A stretch of DNA of 64,000 bases, from positions 15,150,101-15,214,100 of the forward strand of contig NC_092677.1 of NCBI RefSeq assembly GCF_964355755.1, given 5' to 3'. The notes under the pieces are model-generated. The model was not told the origin of the DNA and did no database searches. It was given only the letters and a program-made list of their open reading frames with translations. Origin of the DNA: Antedon mediterranea. Taxonomy: Eukaryota; Animalia; Echinodermata. How positions within the stretch are numbered: the stretch's first letter is position 1; every line of letters starts with the position of its first letter. A program made the position numbers and the translations under genes. This document shows positions 38,101 through 51,852 of the stretch, piece after piece.

Positions 38101-41100
38101 GATTATATACAGTACCGACCATATGCTACACCCCTGTGTAGTACCATCTACTGAAACACCTTCGTAATATAATGTTGACTTGATATTATTTTATATACCA
38201 CTTTATCTCATAAGTGGCTATTGATCCCAGCCTTTGGCAAAACAACTTAATATGCAAATTTCATGTAATACATACTGTTTTGAGATATCTAATTTATGGT
38301 AACCACTTTTGATAATATTTTCTCATGAAGCTTATCAAAACATATTTCTTATTTTAGCCTTGGAAATATGATTTAATGTGTTTCACAGGGATTAATTTCC
38401 ACAGGTCTCAATGCAAAAAAAATAAACAAAAACATGTTTTGTTTTTTGAATCTAATCTGATTGACTTTATCAAATTAATGTTGTTTTTTCTTTCAGACTA
38501 GAACCCCTATTAAGGAGACACCATTGGGACCCATAAAGGGTGTCTCCTGAATTGCTTTGTCAGAAAAGTCAATGATTTTGCTTATGTCAATATTCAAAAT
38601 AACCTATATAAAAAAAAACATGTTTTGATAATTATAGCCTCAGATTTTCAATCAAGTAATTCTTGGCTATCTTGATTTGATATGCCATCCATCTATACAT
38701 TGTATTTAATTAATATAAATTAAAAATATAATATAACGGTAACCAGTGTTTTACAGCTCACTATGTCGGTCGGACGGTTGGTCGGTCGGTTGGTCGATCA
38801 GTCGGTCGGTATGTATATGGCCTTGTTTTTGGTGGGACAACAACCAACAGACATTTTTTAGAAAATTGGTGAAAGAAATAAATATGCAAATTAAATATCA
38901 GCCTCTATTCTTACCATTCTTAAATATTTATTTCTCATGCCTATATCCCACAGGATTATTATTAACTCAAACAGAAATGCCACTACCAAAATTAGGACAG
39001 TATAATAATTTTCCTCGCATTTGCAACATAAAAAAAGTTACTAGGGTCTTAGTCATTATAAATGATTCATTTGTCATTAAACAAAAGACAATTGTACAGT
39101 ATATTTAATGTTGATTACATATTAGTTATGTGTGTCACATACAGGTTGAAAGCTTTGAAAAATGAAACTACTAAATAAATTACAATAATTGATATAAAGA
39201 ACGCCTGAGGCAGAAAATCTTCAATTTTATTAGTTGGAAAACGGTAATTATGTCATAAATGTTATTAACTAAGGAATGATTTGACCAATTTCTCAAACCT
39301 TTGTCTCATTTATTAATATCGTATAATTTAAAATGTGCATTTTGTTTTCGAGTTTCCATTCAAAGTGGAATAAACTTGTGATAGATTTTTACTTGAACTT
39401 AATTTTATCAGTAGTAAAATATTTGTGAATAACTTTTTGTAGGATATGTTTTGCATACTATAACAAACTGAAATTTGAAAGGCTAAAAAATGCTGTATTT
39501 AACTTAAAACCTAATGATAATTTGTGCTATCTTTGGCTCTCTGATTTTAGGGGTGTGTGAGAGAGCCGACTGGGCCCCCTTAGATCTACCTATAGTATAT
39601 ATGATAGTCAATCCGTTCACGAGACAAACATATACACACAATGTATCTAGGATTGCAGTGAAGCAAAATTTTCTTAATTTTTTTTTATGAGACCACATTT
39701 ACATTTAAAAACGTGGGCGATTGAAATGTTCAGTTAACATACACAGTGAGTGCCAAGATTAGCAATAAAGGTTATAAGAAGACATTTCTCGGTTCATTGT
39801 TTTTATGTCAGCCATTGAACTTGGATGAAGACACTGGAAACTTGATCAGGATTAACCCAATTAGTTAATGAATGTAATCGCATTCACTCAATGTAGAGTC
39901 ATGCTTGCTTAAGTATTAGTAATGAATTTAATATTAAATTGAATTTACTTTGTCTAACGATACACAAGAATTTTATTTACAGATGTGTAAAGATTTCATA
40001 GTCTGTCTGGTTTTTGTGTAGTGAGTTATGGTAGATATTGGAGTAAGTAAGCGAACAAATATTCATTTACTGCTTTTTTAAGATATTATTGGTCTAATAC
40101 AGTATACTGTACAATGGTAACATTTACATTGTCACACTTGAACTCACTTGGATGGACATTTATTGGTATGTGGATGGGCACATTTGAGTCAATGACACTT
40201 TCACCTATAATGTAGGCTTCGAATAACTTAAAAAAAAAAAAATCTGGATAATATGATAATATAATATATAATTTTTGTCTGTGTTATATTTATTTGTTAA
40301 AACAAGTAGGAAAAGCTACCGAATCAGTATACTGTAGTAGGAAATGGAGAATTTTTTTTTTATTGTTAACCGTTTTTGATGTTGTATTGTTTTATGTTTC
40401 AAACCAGTTAGTGGCGGTATTTATCGCTGTTGGTTTTGACTGAATAAAATAAAATAAAAAATAAAATATATACACCTTAAATATTCATTTCATCACTGTG
40501 TTGTCGAATCCTAAATAAACGTTTACTATGAATCAAATGAAAATGAAAAATTCATAGAATTGAAATAAAAAGCCTGTTTTTTAATCGAAAGTCTTTTAAT
40601 TTCCTCTCCTGCTGGTAATTTTACGGTAAATTAGACCCTTTGTTGGTTCGTGAGTGCCATCAGCTCAACGACTCGTTCAAGCGTGTCACTATGGTTCTGT
40701 GCTTTACTACCTTTAGGCAAGTAGGCTATTCATACTGTGTAAAAACATTTTGTAAAGATCAACCCCTCACACGTCGTACAGTAGCAGATGCATTTGGCAG
40801 AGATTAAAAATGGAATCTTTATTCATAGTTCAATTAATTATGAAATGGTTTTTTTTTATTGTTTATTTATATATTATTGTAAACAAGATTCAATCAAGTT
40901 ACAATGAGTATTAACTACAGTGACATAGTTGAAAAATACTGTAAATATTTAAACTAAAATGATGCATCAATATTAAGGCAGATTTTATAGACGCCGACAT
41001 CATTGAATGATGAAATGTCCATATATAAATATGTAGTGGTACTGTTGATTGGTGGTTCACATGCTTGCTTTCTTATTCAAGGATCATTGGTTCAAATCTT

Positions 41101-41299
41101 GTCAAAATTCTAACATAGTGCCGCTAAAAAGCCTATCATATGAGTTTTAAACATGTAATTAGGTCATGTGTCTATTGGATGATAAATATGGAACCATATA
41201 ACATGTTAAATAACTATAACAAAAATATTAATTATTTATTCTTTTTTCAGATTTTTTTTTAAACATAGCGGACATTCATTATATCTATATATTTATTTC

Positions 41300-41462
41300 C
41301 TGATAAAGGGCTAGTGTTGCCCGAAAGCTCTGCTAACTTTTATGGCTGTTTTACTTCTCGTTTTGATTTAGATTTTCGCTTTTATTTTGTATCTCCATTG
41401 AGATCCAGCCACTGATACCCACAGCATTGTCATTTTTTCAGTAATTTGCCTTTGGATTTATA
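41300..41462 (+). mobile_element. Penelope-like repeat with degenerate minimal hammerhead (CTGATAA core)
   Basis: CTGATAAAGGGCTAGTGTTGCCCGAAAGCTCTGC plus downstream sequence shared with 50363-50532. Confidence 0.6.
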
Positions 41463-44400
41463 TAATTATTTCCTTATATATCCCCTAGATTCAACTTTCT
41501 TCATTTAAAAAAAAATAATTAAAATAAAGTATGTTTGTAACCTTTCCGTTGGAAAAAGTTCATAGGATAAAAGTTATATTATGTATGCCTACAGTAGTTC
41601 ATACAGTAGCCGACATATTTAAAAGGCCTCTTTGGATTTAGGTGCATAAACTGATTATCATGTATTATATATATAGACCTAATAAGACGTAGGTGACACA
41701 TATTCAAAGGCCCTTTAGGTTTAGGTGCAGAACTCAGATTAGCAAGCTGTTGGGACATATACAGTACAGTACAAAAATTTACACCACAGACACCTGTTGA
41801 ATTTCAATCAACTGTAAATGAACAATTTGGAAAAAACATGAAGAGCTCTTTAATTGATGGTGTTTTCATTATACACTTCAGTGAAGCAGCTCAATGAAGC
41901 CGCAAGATATATTATGAAAAAAGATATATACGTGTGGGTAGATGATAACATGGTTCATGATATAATATATGCAATAAAATTTAACATAAGTAGGTAGGTG
42001 TAGATATATTTATGAGTAGGGTTTCACCAAGATAAATTGTAATCGCACACACTGAAAGAAATAGAACATTGTATCTAATAAATTAAAAGAATGAATTATA
42101 TCATATATTATTTCATATTTTTAGCTGGTCTGTAAAATATTTTTTAAATGTCATAAAAATAAAAAATAGCAAACTTTATCCAAAGCTAGTAAAATAGAAA
42201 TAAATGGAATATAAAAAAAAATGGGAATCGCGAAAAAATAATTTATCCTTGCAAAATAAAATGAATAAATAAATTCATATTAATACAGAATACATAAACA
42301 GTATAAAAAAACATACAATATCATTATCATATCAAAAGGGCATTAATTTATAAATAAAAATAATCAATACTATTGAAATTATTTGTAATTCAGTGCGTGA
42401 CGAACCATTAATATCATCAATTCAGTGTAAACGTCACAATATTATCCAAGTATTGCTTCCATGTATCAAATTACTATTAAACATTATTTGCAATACAGTA
42501 GTTGTGAAAAAACGCCTACTTTAAATGATGGTTATCGAATAAGCGTTTATAATGACTCAAATTATTGTCGCTGTATATTAATGGAAAGAATAAGGTTAAA
42601 TATTACTGTTATACTATTAAATAGTGTTGAGTCGAGTGATTTACTGGTTATGTCAGTGGGCACTGCAAACCACTGACATCTGCACAGGTTTAGGGTTCTC
42701 TTTGACCATAGCCCTGGTGGTAATCTTCTCAGATAAGAGATGCTAAACTGGAGGTCCAATATGCATCTGGCTTTATGTGCACTGAAAACAACCTAGTGCA
42801 TCTTTCGAAATGAGTAAGAGGTTACCCCAGTGTTCGGCTTGTCCATTTCAGCCCTTGCCATTTATCTCTGACCATGCCGTATATATCTCTGCATTGGGCT
42901 AACAACTGGGAGTTTAATCACTATTTGTTATGTAACCAAAAGAGTAAGATTATGGAACTCACTCACATACTATAGTATATACTGGTATAAGCAGAATCAA
43001 TGGGGAATTAAATATACTGCTGTAAATATATTGGTACTTGTTGTAATTTCCTCCCACTGTTTAATTGACGATGAATTTAGTATTGAACCCTTCAATAGTC
43101 AATACCCAGACCTTGGTGGTTTATGCAAGAAGAAACAGTAGGAATTGTTGTCATTAGTTTCTATGGCAATCTTTGTCTATTGTTAAAGGGCAGATGCATC
43201 TTGCCATTAATTTGTTTAGCGAGACAAGATAGGTAATCTAATGATTGAAACGATTTAGCTGATTATAGAATATGTGAATTTTATGTCAAATTATAAAGTT
43301 GTCAATACATTTAAAAGACTAGATTTTAGAATGAAACTGATGTTGGTTATATGTCTTGCTAATCTTACCTGGACAAAACAACATTAGCCATTTTTCTATG
43401 AAGTGGAGGAAAATATGAAAGGACGCATTTTCAACCTCACAGTCGCAATGAGACAGTCTGGTAGTGGGAGTGATGGTTTGTGTATTTTTCTCTCTTCTTC
43501 TTCCTCTATTATATTCATAATTGCCTCAATCTCTCTCCTCCCTCTCTCCTTGTCTTGCTACCGACCTTTAAATGACTATATATAGTATATCATATATCAA
43601 TTCAACTTTTATTATAAAGACAGGAATTATGGAACTGATATATTATGGTTATGATAGAGAAATCAATACATGGATTGTACCATCACAGCAGCTGGAAAAT
43701 TAGAGGTATTTCCCAAACAGGAACTAGGAATGTCAATTGTCTATTAAATTAGTATGTTTAATTAAGTTTGGACTTTCAAAATAGCCATACAAGGAGATGT
43801 TTATCACATTTGGCCAGCTCATCTGTGCACTACAGTACTTATTCTGAACTGTAATTAATTACAAATGTTATTATAGGCTTAAAGTTTGTAGGAGTGAACA
43901 TAGTTATGACCATATTTATTACAAATAAAATGAGTCCAATAATAATAAACATTTTGTGGTGATTTATAATAAAGTTGATCAATTAATTAAGTTATAAGTT
44001 GATCTAAGTATCATATGGCTTTTTATTTGTACTGAATCGTACTATGAATAATTGACATTTTTGCAAACTACTGATTCTATATCTTTTGTAATAGAAATTC
44101 TGGTTGGCAATATTACCAAGTTTAAACATGTTTCTATTTACACAAGGCTAAAGGTCAAATAAACAACCAAATTGCTTTTTATAGCAAATTCTCCAGTGTT
44201 TAGCCTTGGTAGCGTTGTTGACATAAGAAATTGACCAATTGAGTATTACAACATAGTTGTATCACCATTGAACTTGTTTGAGACTTTTGTGTTTCCCAGG
44301 CCATGTTGTACAGTAGTTCCACCATCAGCTATACTGACCCTGAGCTAGGTTGACCATGGAAAATCTGACCATCAGATATGCTATAATAATTGGCACAGTT

Positions 44401-44628
44401 CTTTTAATTAACTGTATGGTTGATCATCATCATCATCACATATTCATTTAATAAATCAAAAACCACCTGGTAACATCTTTAAATAATTAACTATTTTTAG
44501 GTTAAACAAATTGATGAATATTTATAACCTATATTCATTATACAAATCTTTAAATAAGTATATATATTTTCTGCAGAGAATAGAATTTGTTATTACTAAA
44601 ACAGTCAAATGTTAATTTTTTCTTGTAG

Positions 44629-44949
44629 GTGAATCTGTCAAGATTGTAGAAGTTGGTCTTGGAGAATCTGCCATCCTTCCATGCTACCAACGTGCCACTG
44701 GTTCTTTCCTTCTGGAATGGAAGCGCCGCGATCTCACCGAATCCATATTCATTCTACTAAGTCCAAAGACCACCGAACCACACATTGATTCACGGTATAC
44801 CGGTCGTATTGACATAGTCGATGATGGCGTCTCTCTACAAATGGATGACATCAGAGTAGAGGATGCTGGGAGTTATCAGTGTACAGTCAACCCTCTTACA
44901 AATTGGGATCGAAGTTCCAATTTTACTTGGATAAATTTAGTCATCAAAG
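44629..44949 (+). CDS. IGSF9: turtle/IGSF9 exon 2 (N-terminal V-type Ig domain)
   Basis: GESAILPC...LEWKR...PHIDSRYTGRI...SLQMDDIRVEDAGSYQCTV...NFTWINLVIK, like IGSF9 Ig1; 321 bp, phase 1-1, AG/GT boundaries. Not in the ORF track. Confidence 0.85.
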
Positions 44950-45976
44950 GTTGGTATTTTAAATGGCTTTTGTAGCCTATGTCTATCTGTTCAAGTTTCA
45001 GAGCTTGGTTTTCTGTTTTTAATAGGAATCTGTCATTCGTAAATAATTTAAAGGAATGCGTTTAATAAGAATTAATGTAATCGTGCCACCTCTGTAGGCC
45101 TATATGAAGTGTGTTTGGCTCGTTCATTGGTTGTCCCATCTCAGCTCCTTTCATGTCATGCACTTGTTCTCATTGAACTTGAAAAAGGGTAAATTTAATA
45201 TACTTAACCAAGACCAAATTGTACTTTTGAATTGGGATTATTGTTTAACTTTAACCATTAAAATTTAACAGCATTTGAATTTTGGAGTTTTAACAATATT
45301 TTAGGGCCTGTTCAGACCTACGGAGTTTTGCTTTCGTATCGTACACGGTGTACAACTCCATAGGTCTGAACCAGGAAAGAATTAGTAGACGGCACTTACG
45401 ATACAAAAGTCAGCCCAAATTGGTCACACTTCAGTTTCAGAAGAAAGCGTTAGTTAAGCAAATCTGAACAATTTGCTGTTACAACGCTAATTATAATATG
45501 CATTGCTCAATGGATCTGACCATACCCTTAGTAAGTTGTACTCCAAATACAGAGGTCAATAAAATTAACCATTGCACTTGATTTAACCCAGTGGAAATTG
45601 TAGGCAGCATTTGAATTAAGATTTTTTTTATTAACTTAGCTGACGACTAGTTTAAATTGACAAATTAAATCTTGTGGAACACAAGTACAGTACTAGTTCA
45701 ACCCATAGTTCTATTTCTATTTTATCTATAATATCTGCCCACCAGTAGCTTTTCTTCACTTCATTTTCATATTTAGTAGATATGTGTGAACATCACATAA
45801 CAATTAAGTCTTTTCATGAATAAGCAATCAACAAGTCTAGTTTCACAGTTCATTGGCTATGTAATGTGAAAAATGTTGTTATTAGTGAAATGATAAAAAC
45901 ATTGATTCACAAATCAGCAACAGATTAAATGCTTTAAACATAGACTTGATTAATCTTGGTACTGTATTTAGCTGGC

Positions 45977-48009
45977 CGAGTGTTGACAAAGTGCGAGGCA
46001 GCGAGGCATGCCAAATATTTGTGCGAGGCATCATTTTATCATTTCCAAAAGTGCGAGGCATGCGAGGCATATAGTTTACAATTTCAAAAAGGTGCGAGGC
46101 ATATCTTAACGTGCTATTATGCTATATTATAGGCCTAATAATCAATCGATACAAGCGTATCTAAATAGGTTCGTGTATACACTCATCATGTTGTTTATTT
46201 TTATGTAACGATTGTTTTTTCATTCAAGTCATATCGTGTCAAATTTTACTTTTACAAAAGTGCCCAAACTACGGTTCAAAAATCTGAACGACAGTCTTCA
46301 ACTTTCGATAAACAATAATTGTTATAGCGACACACTCATCAAATGACTGCAATGTTTGTCGGCATTTCGAGCGTGTTCACTCACATGTCTCTCGAACATA
46401 GCAGAGTTAAAATAATATTTTGTCACACCACTGCGCCTAGATCCGGTAGACCCGAGAGATGGAAAATCCCTCTTTACTATTTAGCAGGTAGCGGAATGAT
46501 TCAGCCCTCAGCTCAGAGGATTGTGGTGCATTCCCCTCCTATAGCACGTGGTTTCAGCAGCAACGCACAGACTTCTCTCTGAGCGGCGTGCCAAAGACAT
46601 TTTTGACATTCCATTCTCTAGGAACAACACGTGTACCTCTCTCGCAAATAAGGTGAACAGCGATTGCCAGGACAAGTTCAATAACTGGCGGTGAATAAAA
46701 GGTAACTGATATGGCGATCCAATAACATGCCGCAAAGAAAAAAATTGCGACAGAATTCTGGAGCGCGTGTGAAAAAAGACTTACGTCCGACAATTGTAAT
46801 ACTAGGCCTAAAATTAAACTTTAGCTAATATGCTTAGCCCTAAACTAGATAAGAGGCCTATGTAGAAAATAATTTAATCAATTTTGATATAATAATAATT
46901 GGTGTAATATATTCCTGTTTTAGTAAGCTAGGTATATTACGAACGATTTTTATTTATTGTTGTCCATGTACGTACTAATAAACCTGGCGCTAGTTTCCTT
47001 CGCTTGTATTTTTACTCCAAATTTGATAACTAACTTTATCGTGTGAATACTACACCTTAGAAGTATACCTCATGAGTACTTTAATGAAAGAATCACATAA
47101 AAAGTAACAAATAAATCCTTAAATTAATGATTTTACAGGCGTGTTTCTCGCACACTGTTCGCGAATTTCACTTATTCAATGTTCAATATTTTTGTTTCTA
47201 TGGAGCGCCAAAAGAGCAACGATAATAGAGGACTAAAACTCAGTGGAATGCGTCAATTTCTCATGCATTTATTGGTGAAAAACACGTTTTATTTCAATAT
47301 ATTTGTTAATTTGTCAATAAAAATGCTGTAATATGTTACTGCTGATACTGTTCTGTTTTCAAAGAATAATAATCGATCCTAAATCAACATCACTACCTAG
47401 TCTAGACCTAGGACATCCTACTAAGGATATTATGATGAATTTTTCTATTTTATTCTTTAAAAGGTTAACGAAACCGTGTACATTATCAACAGTAACATTT
47501 TTTCTTACTGACAGTGACAAAATCTATTGAAATTGTACTTGATTTTCACCAAATAATGCGTTAAATACAAATGGATTCCACAGAGTTTTTAGCCCTCTAA
47601 TTAATTTTGCTCTTTTGGCGTTCCATAGAAACTAAAATATTGAACATTGAGTGTGCAAAATGCGAGAAAAACAACGTCTGTAAAATCACCAATTTAATGG
47701 ATTTATTGTTACTTTTATGTGATTTTTCTTCATTAAAGTAGGCCTACTGATTCTAAGCTGTGGTATTCAGGATAAAGTTGGTTAAAATACAAGGCAGGTG
47801 CAAAAGGAAACTAGCCTAGCGGGCCTAGCTAGGCCTAGGCTACTTCAATTTCGGTGATTTCCTGCCTTGCAATTTTGAGAAATGATAAAATGATGCCTCG
47901 CATTTTTTGATGATGGTAAAACGATGCCTCGCATAAATTTATGACTTGCCTCTCATGCCTTCCCTGCCTCGCGTGCCTCGCTGCCTCGCACTTTGTTACT
48001 ACCCTACAG
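45977..48009. mobile_element. hAT-like non-autonomous element with GCGAGGCA subterminal repeats and a nested long-IR element
   Basis: ACAAAGTGCGAGGCAGCGAGGCA at the left, TGCCTCGCTGCCTCGCACTTTGT at the right; 8-bp direct repeat TAGCTGGC at 45969-45976 and 48010-48017. Confidence 0.7.
46990..47815. mobile_element. Foldback/Mutator-like MITE with ~300-bp imperfect inverted repeats
   Basis: 46990-47280 (CTAGTTTCCTT...TTGGTGAAA) is the reverse complement of ~47543-47815 (TTTCACCAA...AAGGAAACTAG). Confidence 0.6.
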
Positions 48010-48092
48010 TAGCTGGCCTCAAATAAAAATTGTACACTGTTCTACTTTTTAGATCTAATAGTATTTTTTTTTGTATTCAAGAGGACACCATT

Positions 48093-48111
48093 CAGTGGTG
48101 GCGCCAGCGGG

Positions 48112-48150
<39 letters not shown>

Positions 48151-49994
48151 CTACGGGGGCTCTAGCCCCCTCGTCGGGGAGCCTAGCCCCCCCGTCGGGG
48201 AACACGGGTACTTTTTGTCGGGGAATATAACATACAGTAAAAAACGTTCGCGTTCACTTCATTTAGCTTCAGCGCCTAGAAAACCACGACGTTCCATTGA
48301 CCGTGAGAGTACGTCAGAGGGCTATTATGCACTTTTATGCATTCATTATTGCCAGAGATCTAACTACTAAACAATAGCTATAGGTACGCACTTGTCTGGC
48401 GGTATCCCTTTGTACGAATCGTTCACCGTTGGGTGAGACGCGTGATATCATGTTCCATCCAGGGACCAAAATGTGTAATGTAGTTATTTTCCAGGCGAAG
48501 TTTTACCGACGGTTACCGAAGGGAACACGGGTACTTTTTGTCGGGGAATATAATATACAGTAAAAAACGTTCGCGTTCACTTGGTAGCTTCAGCGCCTAA
48601 AAAACCGCGACGTCTCATTGACCGTGAGAGTACGTCAGAGTGCTATTATGCAATTTATATGCATTCATTATTGCCAGCGATCTAACTTACTACTAAACAT
48701 TAGCTAGGTACGCACTTGTTTGGCGGTATCCCTTTGTACGAATTGTTCAACGTTGGGTCGAGACGCGTGATATCAAGTTCCATCCAGGGACCAAAATGTG
48801 TAATGTAGTTATTTTCCATGCGAAGTTTACCGACGGTTCGGGTACTTTTTGTCGGAGAATATAATTCGTTCGCGTTCACTTCGTAGCTTCAGCGCCTAGA
48901 AAACCTCGACGTTTCATTGACCGTGAGAGTACGTCAGAGTGATATTATGCACTTTATATGCATTCATTATTGCCAGCGATCTAACTTACTACTAAACAAT
49001 AGCTAGGTACGCACTTGTCTGGCGGTATCCCTTTGTACGAATCGTTCAACGTTGGGTCGTGATATCATGTTCCATCCAGGGACCGAAATGTGTACCGTGT
49101 AGTTATTTTCCAGGGGAAGTTTACCGACGGTTACGTCGTGTACTGTGTCGACGTACGCTACACTACAGCAAAAACGAATTATGTTAATTGTTCGTATGTT
49201 CACCAATTTTTAATTTAAAAGTAACCTTCTGTACCGTGGGGCACCTAAAATAAATATTTCATCTATTACTAAACAAAAAACATGCCATTTTCGCTTAGCC
49301 AACATCTTATTATGCTAAGTTATTAAATTTTCAATGTCCTGTATGTCATGAATTTCTCACCACTCGGAAGTCCAGATGGTACGCAGGCATACACTTGGGA
49401 GGAATAAACTTATTTCCCCGACTGAAAAAGGTCTACGTTTGCGTTTTTTAAGCCTCTGGGCCTGATGTTTCCAAAGTATAAAATGCAATTTTTTGAAGAC
49501 CTGCAGCTCTAGTTTTAAACATTTTCTTAGCTCAGCCCCAACAATAAAGCTGATCATATTTCGAAGTACAAGAAGTGTATTTTCCGGGACCTAACATCTC
49601 TATTTTTCAAACATTTCTTAGCTCAGTCACAACCATGATAGGGACTTATATATTTTGTTTCATGTTTTGAAATATAATAAGTCCAGGACCTCCAACTCTA
49701 TTTTTCTAAATTTTCTTTGAACTTTTATTTTTTAAATTGAAAAATATGGATTGAAACAGTCATCGCGCATCGTTTTTTTGCACGCAGTATTTTATTTATG
49801 CATTATAAAAAATGGAAAAAATGGCTACCCTAAATCTGATTAAAATGACCTCAAATGACGCTACAACGCGTTGCTTGAACCGGGGGCCCTTGGCGGCCCC
49901 CTGGCCCCCAGCCTTGTGATGCTCGCTTCGCTCGCATAGCCCCCTCGTCGGGGAATGTAGCCCCCGCGTCGGGAAGATCCTGGCGCCACCCCTG
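48093..49994 (+). mobile_element. hAT-like non-autonomous transposon with three internal ~300-320-bp tandem repeats
   Basis: TIR CAG(T/G)GGTGGCGCCAG / CTGGCGCCACCCCTG; 8-bp TSD ACACCATT (48085-48092 / 49995-50002); poly-G tract; repeats start at ~48201, 48521 and 48836. Confidence 0.85.
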
Positions 49995-50362
49995 ACACCA
50001 TTCACCCCATCTACCACTCTACCTCCCTCATCCTTAGGTTAAAGAGTTAAGAAATAATTACTGCAGTAGAATAATATGGTAAATAAAATCAATAACAATT
50101 CTCTTTGTATGATTTGTTTTATAATAAATTTAGGATGACCATAATAGTCGATTCTGCTGTAATTTTCTTTTCAAATTTGTCTTACTCTTTTTTTGTATTT
50201 ATATTAAATGTTTTATTAATTAATATCACTATTTTGTAATATCACCAACTTATGTAAAAATAATCAATGTTGATTGAACGAGTTGTGCTATATACACCAG
50301 TGAATAAATAGTTGGCCTTAAAAGTTGATTGATAATATTCATTGATATATATATATATATAT

Positions 50363-50399
50363 GCACTGATGAAGGGCTAGTGTTGCCTGAAAGCTCTGC
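50363..50399 (+). ncRNA. Minimal type-I hammerhead ribozyme (Penelope-like element)
   Basis: GCA-CTGATGA-A-GGGC-TAGTGTT-GCCT-GAAA-GC-TC-TGC: intact CUGAUGA and GAAA cores, stem II, palindromic AGCT stem III, stem I GCA/TGC. Confidence 0.7.
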
Positions 50400-51244
50400 T
50401 AACTTTTCTGGCTGTTTTACTTTATCGTTTTGATTTAGCTTTTCGCTTTTTTTTTTGTATCTCCATTGAGATCCAGCCACTGATACCCACAGCATTGTCA
50501 TTTGTTCAGTAATTTGCCTTTGGATTTATATATTGAGGTTTAGAAATATAGATTTGAAATAGAGTGAAGGAAATTGAACTGCATCATGGCAGTCTAGTTT
50601 CTTTATTTGATGATTATTGAACACCACCTTATTTAATTATTATTGATTATTACATGGATACTAGGTGGTAATTGAGATATAAATATTGACATAACATCCT
50701 AGGATGAAATTGCCTAATAATTCCTGTTGAGTGAAAGCTTGACGATGGAGAATCCAGAAAATCACCTTGCCTATGGGATGGGTTATGTCAGTATGTGGCT
50801 GTCACCCTGGGGTGATGATGTGTGACTAAATTGGTATATGGTTAGTCTCAGACAGGTTTATAAATGTTTTGGTTTGGTAATTTTGAGAAGCATGGTGAGA
50901 CCAGGAGTAACATTTTCTTGGCAAAATATATATAATGATGTACTATATACACTTTTGATAATATTAATATTATAAGAACTCACTTTAGAACAGTTAAGTT
51001 AAAAATGCCCGGCAAATGAATAGTGTTTTCTGAAAGCTTGTAACTTTATCATTTTGATTTAGCTTTTTGCTAATTTTTGTATCTCCATTTGAGATGCAGT
51101 CTGGAATTGTCATTTTTTCATGTAATTTTAATAAAAAGCAATTGAAATATAAAAAGAAAGCCGCAAACAATAGTTACAATTCAGAACATCTGAGGACTCG
51201 AAAATGAATTGATTCTGAAAAGTAATGAAAAACCGTTATATATA

Positions 51245-51852
51245 CAGTATATACACACAGTATTATACACACAGTATTATATACACACAGTAATATACAC
51301 ACAGTATTATATACACACAGTAATATACACACAGTATTATATACACACAGTAATATACACACAGTATTATATACACAGTATTATATACACACAGTAATAT
51401 ACACACAGTATTATATACACACAGTATTATATACACACAGTAATATACACACAGTATTATATACACACAGTAATATACACACAGTATTATATACACACAG
51501 TAATATACACACAGTATTATATACACACATTATTATATACACAGTATTATATACACACAGTAATATACACACAGTATTATATACACACAGTATTATATAC
51601 ACACAGTAATATACACACAGTATTATATACACACAGTAATATACACACAGTATTATATACACACAGTATTATATACACACAGTATTATATACACACAGTA
51701 ATATACACACAGTATTATATACACACAGTAATATACACACAGTATTATATACACACAGTATTATATACACACAGTATTATATACACACAGTAATATACAC
51801 ACAGTATTATACACACAGTATTATATACACACAGTAATATACACACAGTATT
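51245..51852. repeat. Minisatellite ACACAGTA(T/A)TATAT, 17/19-bp units
   Basis: More than 30 tandem units; source of the spurious CVYYCVYIIL ORFs. Confidence 0.95.

Noticed and set aside
48030-48370. Poly-glycine ORFs
   Set aside because: They arise from the poly-G tract in the subterminal region of the hAT-like element.
51174-51662. Cys/Tyr-rich ORFs
   Set aside because: Translations of a 17/19-bp minisatellite.
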